From IMG/VR virus record IMGVR_UViG_3300010413_000029, positions 1 to 62,833 of that record: 62,833 nucleotides of DNA; one strand, written 5' to 3'. Shown here piece after piece: positions 45,791-56,375 of this stretch. Position 1 is the stretch's first letter. Each line of letters starts with the position of its first letter. A program made the translations under genes and the position numbers. The stretch is from a virus. Lineage: Duplodnaviria; Caudoviricetes. The notes beneath the pieces are model-generated. The model was not told the origin of the DNA. It did no database searches and worked only from the letters and a program-made list of their open reading frames with translations.

Positions 45791-46323
45791 TTCAATCTCC
45801 CAATCCACAATCTTTCCTCAATATGGTACTCCCAAAGCTCAGAGGGAACTACATACCAGTTTACAGCCTTCGTAACACCAGCAAGTAAATCATAGTCATG
45901 GAACACCAAGACCCCTCCAGGCTTCACAAATTTATGGTATTTCCGATAATCATCTCTGACAGCATTACGATGGTGATCTCCATCAATAAAGAGCAAATCA
46001 ATGCCTCTTCCAGCTAGAATTTGCTCAACATCAACTTCCTGAGAAAACGATTTCACAACTTCAACGCGATCCTTAAATGGTTCAATGTTCTCCAAAAAAA
46101 GTTTTTCATGCCCAAGCCAATCTTTTCTACCAAGTAGAGTCCAAGGATCAATTGCAACCAATTTTACAGTTCCACTGGATGCTTCCAACATATTCTTACA
46201 AGAATGACCCCAGGCACAACCTATTTCAAGGATCAACCCATTTTCTGGAACTTCCGAAGCCAATCTTCGCAATATAGCAGTTTCTTCATCATTGACCCTG
46301 ACTTTGATTTCTTTGTTAGACAT
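45787..46323 (-). CDS. Class I SAM-dependent methyltransferase (paralogue)
   Basis: LEIGCAWGHS, IDPW, DLLFIDGDH, PGG..VFHDY. Confidence 0.85.
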   Translation of the reverse strand: MSNKEIKVRVNDEETAILRRLASEVPENGLILEIGCAWGHSCKNMLEASSGTVKLVAIDPWTLLGRKDWLGHEKLFLENIEPFKDRVEVVKSFSQEVDVEQILAGRGIDLLFIDGDHHRNAVRDDYRKYHKFVKPGGVLVFHDYDLLAGVTKAVNWYVVPSELWEYHIEERLWIGRLK

Positions 46324-47276
46324 TAGCAATATTCCTCTACGATTCTCAAAAAATTTTCAGCATTGAAGTTTTCGATATTCATTTTTTTCCATTCTAAAAC
46401 TTCTTCTGGTTCCTCTAAACAATATTCTAAAGCATCATTGCCATCCATATCTTCCAACCTGATTGGAAAGTCACACCATTCGGCATAATCAGCATAATGG
46501 ATTCCATTGTTGGTAGAATGAAGTGGAACATCATTATTGTGGCCTACAAGGATAGTCGGAATTCCCTGCGAGAGGGCAATATATCCCAAAGTATTAGATC
46601 CCAGAAATAGGTCTATTCCATTCAATTGGTTCAAGGCAGTCATAGTTCCCAGGTCTTTAGTAGCAATGGAATCCTCGGCAACATTGATAAATTCAATGCA
46701 AGAATATTTCTTATATTCTTCCAACCCATAAATTTTCAAAGAAAACGAGTAAAACACTTTTATCTCAAAGAACCAATGACGATTCTCAACAATCCAATCC
46801 ATCGTCCTTTTTACATAAACTTCATCTCCTGATCTATAGAATCTTCCTTCAACCCCCAAGAGACGAGGCCCAGAATATCCCAAAACATTTCCTGACGTGG
46901 AAGAAAAAGGTTTTACAGTCAATGGTCTACTAAATCCAATGTTTTCTTTCCTACAAGGATAGCCATAAGAATCCATGATCTTCAATCCAGCCTTATTACA
47001 CACAAAATTACAGGCTATATTGTGGGATGGTTTTGTATAGCCATCCCACAACCATGACGAATATGGAGTGTGAGGATAAATAAAAACAGGTTTATTTTTT
47101 GCTAATTTATCAATCCGATCCCATTTAATTTCATTTCCAGTAGGTTCACGATCAAGAAATACAATATCGGCCATATCAGGTTTTTTCACACGCTTCCACC
47201 CTGCAAACTTCTCCAAAGCCTCTTGCATGACTTGAAACGAATCTCGATAAGCAATGACGTAATAGGTTTTCATCAC
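46323..47276 (-). CDS. Putative glycosyltransferase-like protein (related to 41647-42771)
   Basis: VFIYPH, MDSYGY, DLFLGSNTLGYIALSQGIP match motifs in the paralogue. Confidence 0.5.
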   Translation of the reverse strand: MMKTYYVIAYRDSFQVMQEALEKFAGWKRVKKPDMADIVFLDREPTGNEIKWDRIDKLAKNKPVFIYPHTPYSSWLWDGYTKPSHNIACNFVCNKAGLKIMDSYGYPCRKENIGFSRPLTVKPFSSTSGNVLGYSGPRLLGVEGRFYRSGDEVYVKRTMDWIVENRHWFFEIKVFYSFSLKIYGLEEYKKYSCIEFINVAEDSIATKDLGTMTALNQLNGIDLFLGSNTLGYIALSQGIPTILVGHNNDVPLHSTNNGIHYADYAEWCDFPIRLEDMDGNDALEYCLEEPEEVLEWKKMNIENFNAENFLRIVEEYC

Positions 47277-47305
47277 CTTTGATCTTTCAAAAATTCCTAC
47301 ATCAA

Positions 47306-47992
47306 TTAAGATGCTGGAACAGTCCTATAGACAATCGTAACAGCAATATCAACAGTTCCGGCAGAGGAAGTAAGTCTCATTACGAGATCACCATTGCCAG
47401 ATGGGTACACTGTCCGACCATCAGGTCCTAATAAGAGCACATCCGTTTGGAAAGCAACATCATTCAAGGTAGTAGGCCCAAACCAATCACCCTTATCTGT
47501 GTCAATAGAGTGAAGACCCAAGTTCAAGTTTAGCACTTGTGGACTTGCATTCAAGTCACCATGCAAAGCAATGATCTGATGAAAGTCGCCATTCGACTCA
47601 TCCACATTGCTCAAGAAGCCAACCAGAATATCTCCCTGAAAGGTTGTACTCGGATTGATCGACAAAATAATATGATTGATCGAAAGATGTCCAGTTTCAG
47701 TATGAGGCCAATTTGTAGTATCACTCAGGTCTACCAACATATAATTGGTGTTTCCACTGACACCGTTCAAGCTCATATGCACAAGCGAATGTTCCTGATG
47801 ACCATCCACAATCCGTAACGAAGAATCTCCCTCATATGAAACAACATCAATAGAATTCAAAAGATTATAAATCAATGCCAATATGGTCTGAGCGTAGGTT
47901 CCATCACCCAATAGATTATACCCAACTGGAAGTTCTTCATTGCCACCATCTTCAATGACATGGATCACGATCTTGTCAATTTTATCTGCCAT
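47306..47992 (-). CDS. Hypothetical protein, probably virion-associated
   Basis: ORF in the tail operon. Confidence 0.6.
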   Translation of the reverse strand: MADKIDKIVIHVIEDGGNEELPVGYNLLGDGTYAQTILALIYNLLNSIDVVSYEGDSSLRIVDGHQEHSLVHMSLNGVSGNTNYMLVDLSDTTNWPHTETGHLSINHIILSINPSTTFQGDILVGFLSNVDESNGDFHQIIALHGDLNASPQVLNLNLGLHSIDTDKGDWFGPTTLNDVAFQTDVLLLGPDGRTVYPSGNGDLVMRLTSSAGTVDIAVTIVYRTVPAS

Positions 47993-48803
47993 TCGCGCAC
48001 CTCAACCCCAAAGATTTCAACAATCCATTCGAGTGGTCAACCCATTGTAACCCATCACGTTCCATCAATGGCTCCACCATATCACGAAGCCATAATCCTC
48101 CACTTACCCAATCCCACTGGGTGTTCAGTCCTTCATACTGGGTAAACATTGCACCAGTTCGGAATCGATCAGGCTGATAGTTAGTGTATCTATACCAGTG
48201 ATGATGTTGGGAACTTTCCCTAAAACAGAAATCAATACCAATAGTATGCACCTGTTTTACACCAAGGATTCCAGCCAGATGCAACAACTGAGTCGCAACC
48301 GTCCCCACCCGAAATTGAATTTTCGGACTGGTCAACGCGCCCGGATGGTCAAACAGGGGGCCAGCCAGGAACCCATCACCATACTCCCTAAAACTAAATC
48401 TCTCGAACTGTTCCTCGTAGTTATCACCCAATTCTCCCATACGCTTGATCTTGATCGCCTTCACGCGACCATCTACAATGGGTGAGCCTTTCCAATTCAG
48501 GAACGAGATCATTTTCACTTTGGCAGTATTCTCAGGCGAGATGATCTTCATCATGGTCTGGTATCGCTCCTCCCCTTTGGAAGCCCTACCAGCAGCCATG
48601 TGCATATTCTCAACCACCAAGTGAAAGTCCAGGTTGTCAATCTCAAAACAAGTGCCATTCGCGCCCAAAATCACATCAGGCTTGATCTCATCCTGTAGGG
48701 ATTGCCATTCTTTCCCACTGGGGCCACCCAAGACAAGCAAGGCTTTTCCACCATAAAAAGCACCTTGAAACTTATCTACTTCTTGGGGTTGGTCTTTTCT
48801 CAT
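47982..48803 (-). CDS. Maf/DUF115/sialyltransferase-like protein
   Basis: ALLVLGGPS, LGANG, TVATQLLHLAGILGVKQVHTIGIDF, HHHWY. Confidence 0.6.
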   Translation of the reverse strand: MRKDQPQEVDKFQGAFYGGKALLVLGGPSGKEWQSLQDEIKPDVILGANGTCFEIDNLDFHLVVENMHMAAGRASKGEERYQTMMKIISPENTAKVKMISFLNWKGSPIVDGRVKAIKIKRMGELGDNYEEQFERFSFREYGDGFLAGPLFDHPGALTSPKIQFRVGTVATQLLHLAGILGVKQVHTIGIDFCFRESSQHHHWYRYTNYQPDRFRTGAMFTQYEGLNTQWDWVSGGLWLRDMVEPLMERDGLQWVDHSNGLLKSLGLRCANGR

Positions 48804-49219
48804 GGCAACTTTCCAGTTAGTTCAGGCCAATGTAGAACAGCCAAAACAACCAGAATAATAATAACGGTATCAATAAATCTACGTACCAATCCTGGCCAAA
48901 TTTCCTTTTTGAAAAAACGCACCCACTTATCAGCTTCACCAACTTCTAATTCTTCCTGGTCACTTTCTCGCCTGGCTGGATGATTGTTCTTATCAAACTG
49001 GATTTCACCACTACCTAAATTGGAAACCAGATTCTTCGTTACTCTCACATCAGACTGAATAACCTTGATCTGTCCCTTCATCTCAGTAAGTTCATCAACC
49101 ACATCATTCCAAGAAGTAAGGACATGGAACAGGGATCTCCAAACTCCTTTTGTTGGTATATCATCTGGTAGTCGATTCACGTCTGCCTCTAAAATCTCTA
49201 GTTGATCTTTATATGACAT
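48800..49219 (-). CDS. Coiled-coil protein with C-terminal TM
   Basis: Heptad region and hydrophobic C-terminus. Confidence 0.6.
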   Translation of the reverse strand: MSYKDQLEILEADVNRLPDDIPTKGVWRSLFHVLTSWNDVVDELTEMKGQIKVIQSDVRVTKNLVSNLGSGEIQFDKNNHPARRESDQEELEVGEADKWVRFFKKEIWPGLVRRFIDTVIIILVVLAVLHWPELTGKLP

Positions 49220-49266
49220 CTCATCTACTCCATGACGAAAAATAATAGCATTGGTTATGTATCATT

Positions 49267-50676
49267 TTATCCATAAATTACACCAAGCACATCCAACTGA
49301 CTTCCAGCAATGAACGAGCCAGAAGTCACAGCAATAAGTTGTATTCTATCAATCGCACTGGTACTCAACCACAGACCACCACCAGAACTTTCCCGTTCCG
49401 CAGCAGCATCCGGGTTGGAGCCTCGATAGTCCACCGTCTTATTGTAGGTCGTTCCATCAGCATCGAAAATCTTGGCAAGGAATGTACCAAAGTATCCAGC
49501 CGAGGCAGTATTGCCCGGAACAATCACACCACCAAAATAGGTTGCAGCCGCAGAAGTGTCATTCGATGAGCTAGACCCTTCCCGATGGCAAATATAGGCA
49601 TAATTGTTGCCAGTATCAATCGAACCATTCCCAACCCGCAGAGCAGCCACATCCGCAGTAGCAGCCAATGAGCTGCGAATCCGCTTGCCAACAATCCAAA
49701 TCTCATCATAGCCAGCAGGGATGGTCACAACCGCAAAGGCAGACGTACCAGAAAGGGTCTCACTAGCAATCAACTCAATCGAAGGAGTCCCGCCTCCACC
49801 ACCTCCAACAAGTTCCAAATCCTTCACTCTGGCAGCCAACTGGTCAATGGCATCTTTGTAATTGCCGGGATCATCCAAATAATCCCAATCCGAAAGCACA
49901 GCAGGGGTGTAGGTGATATAAAAAACATCGACAGCACCAACACCACCCTTGTCAAAACGCAAATCCAAGAAGTCATTCCGAGCACTGTTCTGGAACAACT
50001 CATTGTAGCCAGCCTCCAAGATGACAGCCCATATCGCCTTGCCAGTGGTAGCCTCAGGAATATCACCTTCATCCAAACTGGCACGTGTCACATTAGTGGA
50101 GCCAACCACATAATCTACAGACCCATCATCATTGGCCTGCAAGGTAATCCACAGGGCGTCACTAGCAGGCATATCCCCTGACACATCCACAACCTGATCA
50201 CCAATGAATACCCATCCATCAAGGGTGGAATTGCGAACCACACCAGGATAAATCTGTATCGTCAATGTGCCAGCAATGGGCTTGGCGAGCAAGGGTAGAA
50301 ATTGCTGCCCATGTACCCAAGTCGTATTTAATCCGGGCCACGAGTGGTTATGAGGGGGAATAGCTGGATTGACAGATGTCACGCCATTGTTTGAACTTCC
50401 CTCAGACCCCAACTCAAACAAGACTTCAATGCGATTAGCTGAATATTCATCAGAACCAACAAACACCACAAGCCCGGCGCGATTGGGGACATTGCGCCGA
50501 TTGAGAACCTCTCTGGGAAGCCCATCAGACAATGAAGTGACATAAACACGATTCCCCACGCCGGTCAATACTGTCCCATCCAACTTTCCCATGACAGCAA
50601 AATAGCCCTTGGCCTTTGTCTTTCCTGCCTCACCAATGCCTTTCTTGAGTCTGCGAAATTGCAATTTATCACTCAT
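49267..50676 (-). CDS. Tail fibre / minor tail protein
   Basis: Follows the large tail protein; GGGGG linker; C-terminal W.ST.AI..I......F..GS...V.G domain. Confidence 0.65.
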   Translation of the reverse strand: MSDKLQFRRLKKGIGEAGKTKAKGYFAVMGKLDGTVLTGVGNRVYVTSLSDGLPREVLNRRNVPNRAGLVVFVGSDEYSANRIEVLFELGSEGSSNNGVTSVNPAIPPHNHSWPGLNTTWVHGQQFLPLLAKPIAGTLTIQIYPGVVRNSTLDGWVFIGDQVVDVSGDMPASDALWITLQANDDGSVDYVVGSTNVTRASLDEGDIPEATTGKAIWAVILEAGYNELFQNSARNDFLDLRFDKGGVGAVDVFYITYTPAVLSDWDYLDDPGNYKDAIDQLAARVKDLELVGGGGGGTPSIELIASETLSGTSAFAVVTIPAGYDEIWIVGKRIRSSLAATADVAALRVGNGSIDTGNNYAYICHREGSSSSNDTSAAATYFGGVIVPGNTASAGYFGTFLAKIFDADGTTYNKTVDYRGSNPDAAAERESSGGGLWLSTSAIDRIQLIAVTSGSFIAGSQLDVLGVIYG

Positions 50677-53399
50677 GGCGCACACACATTATTCACAACA
50701 GAGCCATAAAGCTCTACCGCTCGCGCTACCACAGTGGCATTTCGTAGCGAATATCCCAACGTGCCAGCATTGTCAGCAAATACAACATCTGCAACCCTGA
50801 AATTGATACTGGCATCAGGGGCAAGGAAATAGCCTCTCCCATAGTTGGCAGAAAAAATCTCTGCATAAAAACAGACAGTGGGCAGGATGATAGTCGTATC
50901 CCCGTTTTGATTCCCAATCGAGCCAGAAGAATCCAACTGGAACCCATAAAAATTGAAACCATCTGCACCATTGTCCCAGGGACCTCCACTCCCATCTATA
51001 CAATAGACATTGCCAGCCACAGTGGCAATATCCGTACCACTCCCATTGGCAGCAGCCACAGAACCAGAAGAAACTACATCCCCAGGGGTGGCACTCTCGA
51101 TAATAGTGCCGACACCAGCATCCAGAACAATCCTGAACCCATCCACAGCCGTATCGACCAAGACATTGAAGTTAGCCCGAAAGGCATATAACCCAATGCC
51201 AGCCGATAGGGTGGCCGTAGCAACAGGGGAGCCGCCACTCATCCCATAGACCGTGATATGACTGGCAGCATCCCCATGCACTTTAGCACTGAAATCGATG
51301 AACGTTTTGGTTCTCGGATTGCTCCGAATCTTGCAGGGGAATATGGCATCCGCAATCAACTTGTCAGAGTTCGACCCATCCAGGTAAGGCTTCGACCAAA
51401 CCAAGCTATAGAAGTTCTTGAACTCACTCCCACAATCCGTATCTGTTCCATCAGGGATGGTAGGAGGAAAGCTAACAGGAGGAATCTCCGGCAAATCTAT
51501 TGGATCAAGCGGGGGCAACTTTCCAAGGCCAGGGATGTCCACAAACGTACCATCCCCGGCAGGGACATCCCCATTGACATAAATGGCATCTGTCTCATCA
51601 GTCTCCCCTTCAAAAACAACCTCCACAACACACTTTCCACCAATGCGAGTGGGGTCAGTGGGGTCAAACTCATAGGATAGATCAACAGAGACAGGCACGA
51701 TTGTGCCAGAATAGTCATCCAATCCTGAAACCGTCCCATACAGGGTGGGTGCAATGTCAAAAGCACGATTCGCGCCAACCAACGTCAATGGGATTTCAGG
51801 GTATGGGTTGTTCTCATGGGCAAAGACCAATCCAGCCAATTTGTTGGCCTGCTCCTGGTCGCCCAACAGCATATTGGGGAACGGAAGCAAACTGCCAAGC
51901 AAGGCAGGGACATGGCCGGGAGAGAGCGAATAGATCGCAGTCCCATTGCCATACTCATCCGCAGCCACGCCACTCAAGAGCACCTGAGATACCTGCGGAG
52001 AGCGTCTGGTCATCTCAATCTGCTTGTCATAGTCCTGGTCTTCCAACGCAATCACAAGTTCTGAACTCGCAGCACGCGAAGCGGACGGGATCAGATTGTA
52101 GGGAACTTTCACAGCAAATAGCATGTTGTAATTGCAGGCCGCTCTTGCCAAAATCTGAGACTCGGCAATGTCCAAAATCTGATCCCACATATTTCCAGCC
52201 GCAGACTCCGTCGAGCCAGTGTACTTGGTGTCATCCGTCAAGTACACATCCATGATCTGTGTCACAGTCGAACGCCAATGCAGAAAATGGTACAAGCCCT
52301 TATCAACAGTCAGGTTCTGCATCTCAGTCCATACCGTAGCGGCAGCAGTGGAAAGCTCCACGCCCACAGGGAAGGAAGACATCTTTGACATCCAAAAAGC
52401 AGCCCCTCGAATGTCAAACGTACTGGGCTTGAACTCAGGGTCATCCAGCATAGAGGATTCATAAATCCACCCGGACATCCAGATATTCTCACGACCAGGG
52501 TATAACCCAACCACATCCTCAACCCCATCAAAGTAGTCCTTAGAGAAAATGACAGCCAACCCTCCAAAACGAAGCAGGGCAATATCATTGGCATCATGCA
52601 AGGTGACTTGTGCAGACCAATCCCCATCCTCCACGCTACATCCACACTCATCCAGTGTAAAGTCAGTAATGGGGCGATGGTCAGCATCAAACACAAATAC
52701 ATAGCGATACCCTGTCATGCTCTTACCACCACTACTAGAAACAGCAGTTGTAGCAACACGAACATAGCCATTGGTCGGGTAACTTGAAATCGTCACAGTG
52801 GGGTTAGTAGTGGTTTCATTAGTTACAACTCCATCACTGGCCTCAGTCAAATAGCTTGCGATAGTGTCATCAAAAACATCAGTATCAGCAACAGCAGGGT
52901 AGCTTACAGAAGCAGGATAATCACTATTGATCAAATCTAAAACAACATGCCCTCCCATTCTTACAATAGGGTCAAAGTTCTCATGCTGGTCCGAATATTC
53001 GACATCCACATCCATGAACACTTCATCAGATGTCACAACCAGGTGTTTTGGGCGAATATCAAAAGCATCCACAACCGTGATGTACAACCCATTGGCAAAC
53101 GGGATGCTAGACTCCTCACTGGTATAGGCAGTCAAGGAAGTCCACGCCTTTCGTACCCTGCAAATCCCCAAGTCATAGGCGCCAGCCGATGATCCCACAA
53201 ACACGATCATTCCTGGCAACACATCCGCATACGAGCCTTCCGTCACACTTCCAAATTCAAACTCTGAGACCATATCCGTGCCAGTGTAATCACTGATGCG
53301 ACATGCCAATATGGTCTTGGGTTGCAATATTGCAAGCCCAAGGATGGAGTACTGGCTCTCGCTACGTAGCAAGGTTTGATGACCAGCAGTCAAACTCAT
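50673..53399 (-). CDS. Large tail tip / baseplate hub protein
   Basis: 908 aa, two genes after the tape measure. Confidence 0.65.
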   Translation of the reverse strand: MSLTAGHQTLLRSESQYSILGLAILQPKTILACRISDYTGTDMVSEFEFGSVTEGSYADVLPGMIVFVGSSAGAYDLGICRVRKAWTSLTAYTSEESSIPFANGLYITVVDAFDIRPKHLVVTSDEVFMDVDVEYSDQHENFDPIVRMGGHVVLDLINSDYPASVSYPAVADTDVFDDTIASYLTEASDGVVTNETTTNPTVTISSYPTNGYVRVATTAVSSSGGKSMTGYRYVFVFDADHRPITDFTLDECGCSVEDGDWSAQVTLHDANDIALLRFGGLAVIFSKDYFDGVEDVVGLYPGRENIWMSGWIYESSMLDDPEFKPSTFDIRGAAFWMSKMSSFPVGVELSTAAATVWTEMQNLTVDKGLYHFLHWRSTVTQIMDVYLTDDTKYTGSTESAAGNMWDQILDIAESQILARAACNYNMLFAVKVPYNLIPSASRAASSELVIALEDQDYDKQIEMTRRSPQVSQVLLSGVAADEYGNGTAIYSLSPGHVPALLGSLLPFPNMLLGDQEQANKLAGLVFAHENNPYPEIPLTLVGANRAFDIAPTLYGTVSGLDDYSGTIVPVSVDLSYEFDPTDPTRIGGKCVVEVVFEGETDETDAIYVNGDVPAGDGTFVDIPGLGKLPPLDPIDLPEIPPVSFPPTIPDGTDTDCGSEFKNFYSLVWSKPYLDGSNSDKLIADAIFPCKIRSNPRTKTFIDFSAKVHGDAASHITVYGMSGGSPVATATLSAGIGLYAFRANFNVLVDTAVDGFRIVLDAGVGTIIESATPGDVVSSGSVAAANGSGTDIATVAGNVYCIDGSGGPWDNGADGFNFYGFQLDSSGSIGNQNGDTTIILPTVCFYAEIFSANYGRGYFLAPDASINFRVADVVFADNAGTLGYSLRNATVVARAVELYGSVVNNVCAP

Positions 53400-53788
53400 G
53401 GCAAGGACGCTCCATAGTTCTGAGTCACAATCAACACCACGGAAAACTCCATAATAATCCCATTGTCAGGAGGTTGTTCTTCCTGCCAGATCATGTTGGC
53501 CTTCACGTACACCAAGTCCCAATCATCATCACGGAGGCGCATATACACGACCGCAGACTTCCCAGGACAATAGCTCTTGAGCGTGTTTCTCTGTGCCTGC
53601 GTGACAAATCCCCAACGCAAAGCAGTTGCCTCGAACCCATGCCCATACACGCGCGCATCATGAGCAGGAGCCTCCACTGTAAACGGAGCATAGGCTTCCT
53701 GAAATGGGGCCTCAATGCCAAGCTCGCCAAACGATTGCATCAGGTTCGGCGCACTTCCAATACGATAATCATGGGCAGGGTTGGTCAT
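53396..53788 (-). CDS. Distal-tail-like protein
   Basis: Position immediately after the tape measure. Confidence 0.5.
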   Translation of the reverse strand: MTNPAHDYRIGSAPNLMQSFGELGIEAPFQEAYAPFTVEAPAHDARVYGHGFEATALRWGFVTQAQRNTLKSYCPGKSAVVYMRLRDDDWDLVYVKANMIWQEEQPPDNGIIMEFSVVLIVTQNYGASLP

Positions 53789-56082
53789 GCTCTCACCAGG
53801 CCTTTTGTCAAATTCTTGAGAAGTTTCGCAGTATTTTTGTCTAAGGCTTCATTAAGCATCTTCCTCGTAATCATGCCACCAGGAAACTGCATATTCACTG
53901 TGGTACTACCTCCACCTTGAGCAAAGTTCTGAATACTATCTCTGGTCAACCGTCCTCCAACCAACTTTTCCAGGGAGCTAGTCGATTGAGGGTCAAGCAC
54001 ATACTCACCCAAATGTGTCCGAATCGGGCCTTCAGGGGTGTAGCCACCACTTTGGTATCCGGGCAGATTGCTCCCATTGCCAACACCAGAAGCAGTCGAT
54101 TGCAGGAAGTTGACCAGATCAGCTTGCATCCTGGCATAATACTGATTACGCAAATTCTCCTCATTGAGTAAGTTGGCATTCAAGTCTCGCAGGATGTCAA
54201 GGAAAGCATTGCGTCTCGTAACCTGTTCTTGCCGATAGGCCAATTCCAACTCACGCAATTTCTCGGCCTGTTGCTGTCTGGCCTTGGACAGTTCTTCATT
54301 GTGCTGTGCATCCAACTGCTTGAGACGTTCTTCGAACTGCGCCTTGGCCTGTGCCTGTTGAAACGCAAACTGCTCGGCAGCCTGTTGCTGTCTGAATTCA
54401 AAATCAGCCTGCCGTTGCGCACGTTCTTTGGCAAACTGCTCATCCATCTCCCGCAGTCTTTGGCGATAGTCTTCCTGCCTGCGCTTCTTTTCCTCACTAT
54501 AGTTTTCTTCGAGGTCGCGCTTCCTGCGTTCATAATCACGCTTCTCACGCGATAGGCCGAGCGCGTCACGAGCAGCCACAAGATCACGCACTTTATCATT
54601 ATGTTCTTCTTCAAGTTTTTGAAGTGCCTTTTGATGGTCTTTGGCAGCACGCTCGGTTTCCTTCTGGTAGGATTCCTGTGCCTTCTTGCGGTTTTCTTGG
54701 TGCTGTTGTTCAGCCTGTGCCTGTTGCTGTGCAAACTGAGACGCGGCCTGCGCCCGTTGGAAGTTGAAACTGGCAAGAGCATTGGCACTTGACTGCTCGT
54801 ACTGGGAAATCAGTTGGGCGCGTTGATTGACATAGTTGGCTTCAATCTGGTTGATCTGCTCCAAGCCCTGTTGTACCAATTGCGCCCGTTGCTGAGAGTA
54901 TTGCTGTTCAGCCTGTGCTTCCTGTTGCCGGTAAGAGATGAACGCATCCGTAGCCTGGGCAAGGTCGGCCTCGCCCTGAAAATCTCGCAATCCAGAAGCA
55001 ACCTTATCGGTGGCATTTGAAGCATCATCTGCGGCAGTTTCCAAGCCAAGTAACTTCTGAACCCATTGGTCAATCTTCGTCAAATTATCGCCAATGGCAT
55101 CCCCAGCTTTCCCGGCAACACCACCCAGTTTTTCAAGCTGTATTGCAATCAAGGCTAACGGTGCATTGGCTGTACGAAAAGCCGTAAGCGCAGCATCACC
55201 CAATCCTTGCTTTTTATAGTCTTCCCCGTACACTAATTTCCCAAGCGCATTGCCAAGAGCAACACCTGCCTCAGCCCCAATCACAACTGCACTGGCATAC
55301 AAGGCAACCGTTCCAATCGCAGCACCAGCCTTACCCAACACACCAGCCCCACCAGCAGCTACAGCAGCAGCATTACTACCATTGGTTTTCCCTAAAACAG
55401 CACCAGCTAGAAACTCCCCAACGCTTTTCTCAAAACGCCGCGTCGCTAAATCGTACTCAGCCGTAGCAGCAAGATATTTGAAATCGGCATATATTTTTAT
55501 TCCCTTACTGACAGCAACACCAACAGCTGCCAATGTTGCTACAACAATACCAGTATTGAGGGCAGCCTGAACTAAGTCAGGATTTTTTTGAACAAAAGCG
55601 GCTGCTTTTTCAGCAAGTTCAGCAGCCTTTTCATAAATTGGTAATAATACCTGTGCGGAAGCCTCGCCCAAATTCAATTGTGCATTCTTTATTCGTTTAG
55701 TTGCTGCGATCCATCTATCCGCAGTTTCATCCCCTCGAATTCCAGCATCTTCTACAAACTTCACGTACTGTCTAGCAGATAAGGCAAGCCCACCAACAAC
55801 GGCAGCACCAGCAGCACCAAAAGCAGTAGAGACTCTAGTAATATTTCCCGATATTTGCGAGAGTCTAGTAGCTTCTTCTCTAGTAGATTTTAGTCTATCT
55901 TCAAATGCTCTTGCTTTTTCCTGAGCTTCAATCAACGCATTATTTAGATTGACAAGCTCAGTTTCGTCAAGAGATTGTAATAGATTTTCAATATTAGAAA
56001 GACCGCGCTCAGTATCTTGTTGCGCGGCCTGATCTAATAGTATCTGAAATAGGAGTGCAGAACTCTCATCAGCCATCGTCAA
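53785..56082 (-). CDS. Tape measure protein
   Basis: A/G-rich helices, long Q/E/R coiled coil, GYQSGGYT..G....H.GEYVL motif. Confidence 0.85.
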   Translation of the reverse strand: MTMADESSALLFQILLDQAAQQDTERGLSNIENLLQSLDETELVNLNNALIEAQEKARAFEDRLKSTREEATRLSQISGNITRVSTAFGAAGAAVVGGLALSARQYVKFVEDAGIRGDETADRWIAATKRIKNAQLNLGEASAQVLLPIYEKAAELAEKAAAFVQKNPDLVQAALNTGIVVATLAAVGVAVSKGIKIYADFKYLAATAEYDLATRRFEKSVGEFLAGAVLGKTNGSNAAAVAAGGAGVLGKAGAAIGTVALYASAVVIGAEAGVALGNALGKLVYGEDYKKQGLGDAALTAFRTANAPLALIAIQLEKLGGVAGKAGDAIGDNLTKIDQWVQKLLGLETAADDASNATDKVASGLRDFQGEADLAQATDAFISYRQQEAQAEQQYSQQRAQLVQQGLEQINQIEANYVNQRAQLISQYEQSSANALASFNFQRAQAASQFAQQQAQAEQQHQENRKKAQESYQKETERAAKDHQKALQKLEEEHNDKVRDLVAARDALGLSREKRDYERRKRDLEENYSEEKKRRQEDYRQRLREMDEQFAKERAQRQADFEFRQQQAAEQFAFQQAQAKAQFEERLKQLDAQHNEELSKARQQQAEKLRELELAYRQEQVTRRNAFLDILRDLNANLLNEENLRNQYYARMQADLVNFLQSTASGVGNGSNLPGYQSGGYTPEGPIRTHLGEYVLDPQSTSSLEKLVGGRLTRDSIQNFAQGGGSTTVNMQFPGGMITRKMLNEALDKNTAKLLKNLTKGLVRA

Positions 56083-56375
56083 CTATCCTGTTCATGCAAC
56101 TTTCTATATTCTTCCAATCTCTGCCCAACCATAGGGTCAAACACTGAGTCAATGTAGAGGATGTCTTCGAGCAATGTGTCCGGCTGTTTCCGAATCTCCG
56201 TAGGAGGTATCTTTCGATCAAACGCTCGATAGATTATCCAGGTAGGGTAGGCCTTTTCAAAGCGTTCCAGGCTAATCTCAAGCATGTCTGGAACGAAGTG
56301 TACAGAACTATAAGGGTCACTAGGCAGGGACTTTCTCAGCCTTTGGATGATCGTCAGGGATTCGGCTCTTTTTTT
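56079..56375 (-). CDS. Tail assembly chaperone extension (GT-type frameshift product)
   Basis: Frame is open from the A9 run (56369-56377) to 56079 and is +1/-2 relative to the upstream gene. Confidence 0.6.
   Translation of the reverse strand, partial: KKRAESLTIIQRLRKSLPSDPYSSVHFVPDMLEISLERFEKAYPTWIIYRAFDRKIPPTEIRKQPDTLLEDILYIDSVFDPMVGQRLEEYRKLHEQDS

Noticed and set aside
42782-50676. Diversity-generating retroelement acting on tail fibres
   Set aside because: No reverse transcriptase ORF, and I saw no TR/VR repeat pair with adenine-specific differences.
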